From NCBI GenBank assembly GCA_964016885.1, contig OZ024752.1:28334001-28398000 (forward strand): a stretch of 64,000 bases of DNA. The letters run 5' to 3'. The notes below the pieces were generated by a model, which did no database searches, was not told the DNA's origin, and was given only the letters and a program-made list of their open reading frames with translations. A program made the translations under genes and the position numbers. Source of the stretch: Eledone cirrhosa. Lineage: Eukaryota. Shown here one piece after another: positions 62,556 to 64,000 of the stretch (within the stretch, counting starts at the first letter, position 1; each line of letters starts with the position of its first letter).

Positions 62556-62797
62556 AATATGCATGTATACGTACATACATATATGTATACAGACGTACAG
62601 TAGCATGCACATATATATATATATATACATATATACATACATATGCATACAGGTACACATACATATATGCACGTATCAGTTTAGCGGCGCTTATTATAAC
62701 GTCGCTTTGTTCGTTTGTAAACAAACTGAACAGCCTGAATTTATGCCATACGGTGTTAAGGCAACCACGTCACCTTTTTGTTCAACACTGACACAGG

Positions 62798-62842
62798 AAC
62801 GATGTACTAGTTTCAAGCTTGTTAGCTATCATCAGCACCGTT
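62798..62842 (-). ncRNA. Type I hammerhead ribozyme candidate, family L (inverted copy)
   Basis: Reverse complement of 63137-63181. Confidence 0.85.
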
Positions 62843-63136
62843 TACCCATCTGCCAGATAGTTGAACGTTCGAAAGTATATACTTTCCTTATGAAAATTAA
62901 CGGCTGAGCAGCCTAATTTGCATATTGAGTGAGTTAAATCGGGCAGGCATACCGATTTAAGTAAGTGCCATACTAAGAGTGAGAAATGAAATTTCGTTTT
63001 CATTTTGTTTCAATTTATCGTTTTCGGTATGCCTGACCGATTTAACTCACTCAATATGCAAATTAGGCTGCTCAGCCGTTAATTTTCATAAGGAAAGTAT
63101 ATACTTTCGAACGTTCAACTATCTGGCAGATGGGTA

Positions 63137-63181
63137 AACGGTGCTGATGATAGCTAACAAGCTTGAAACTAGTACATCGTT
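63137..63181 (+). ncRNA. Type I hammerhead ribozyme candidate, family L
   Basis: aacggtg CTGATGA t agc taacaa gct t GAAA ctag TA catcgtt; palindromic stem III. Confidence 0.85.
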
Positions 63182-63542
63182 CCTGTGTCAGTGTTGAACA
63201 AAAAGGTGACGTGGTTGCCTTAACACCGTATGGCATAAATTCAGGCTGTTCAGTTTGTTTACAAACGAACAAAGCGACGTCATAATAAGCGCCGCTAAAC
63301 TGATACGTGCATATATGTATGTGTACCTGTATGCATATGTATGTATATATGTATATATATATATATATATGTGCATGCTACTGTACGTCTGTATACATAT
63401 ATGTATGTACGTATACATGCATACTTACATTTAAGTAAGTGCCATACTAAGAGTGAGAAATGAAATTTCGTTTTCATTTTGTTTCAATTTATATATATAT
63501 ATATATATATAGAAGTGCTTACACAACAGTTAGTTCACCATA

Positions 63543-63582
63543 CCGAGAACAATTGTTTCACCTTCGCGGATCTTCAGCTCGG
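63543..63582 (-). ncRNA. Type I hammerhead ribozyme candidate, family A
   Basis: ccgag CTGAAGA t-cc gcgaa gg-t GAAA caattg TT ctcgg. Confidence 0.7.
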
Positions 63583-63710
63583 GATGTATATGGTTATAGG
63601 AACAGGAAGGACAACTGGTGAACTAACTGTTGTGTAACCACTTCTATCTAACTCGTCCCTTGGACTGAGTACTCTACCACTACGGATATTACCTTCCAGT
63701 GTTCCACCAC

Positions 63711-63744
<34 letters not shown>

Positions 63745-64000
63745 CATATATAAATATATATGTGTATATATATATAAATACATATATATATACATATACA
63801 TATATATATATGCATATACATATATACATATAATAATAATAATAATAAAAATAATAATAATAATAATTCTTTCTTTATTAACCACAGTGGTTTACTCATA
63901 GTGAGACATTAAGGACAGTACAGGACAGTACAGGACAATACAGGACGGTACAAATGGGCATTTCAGCGTTAAACAAATAAAAGCAGAGGATGTAACAAAA

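Larger units (their letters stand above)
62552..63491. mobile_element. Non-coding hammerhead-bearing element, 474-bp monomer plus inverted arm
   Basis: Direct repeat starting at 62955 and 63429; 62552-62955 is the reverse complement of about 63025-63429; hammerhead L in each arm; (TA)n flanks. Confidence 0.75.

Overview
Eukaryotic, AT-rich, microsatellite-dense genomic DNA, most likely from an octopus or other coleoid cephalopod. The only host genes I can support are two tandem, same-strand, intact six-exon S-crystallin genes (sigma-class GST-derived lens proteins, 215 aa each; CDS 21045-26351 and 44847-51677). The rest is mobile DNA: three Penelope-like element (PLE) remnants, RLE-type (R4/Dong-like) and RTE-type LINE fragments clustered at (CATA)n tracts, about 20 copies of a tRNA-derived SINE, a Helitron 3' end, a piggyBac-like MITE, and mini/microsatellites. 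Reading both strands by eye gives about 17 type I hammerhead ribozyme candidates (CUGANGA...GAAA...NUH with pairing stems) in about 11-12 sequence families. Two lie just 3' of PLE ORFs. Others lie in non-coding ~475-525 bp tandem or inverted monomers that resemble non-LTR retrozymes, and two inversion junctions fall within a few nt of a predicted self-cleavage site. One hammerhead lies on the sense strand of S-crystallin intron 1. A LINE-derived 38-bp x21 array places 21 perfect AP-1 motifs about 2 kb upstream of the first crystallin promoter. Most ORFs in the supplied track are microsatellite artefacts. All structures and counts were worked out by hand and need computational confirmation.
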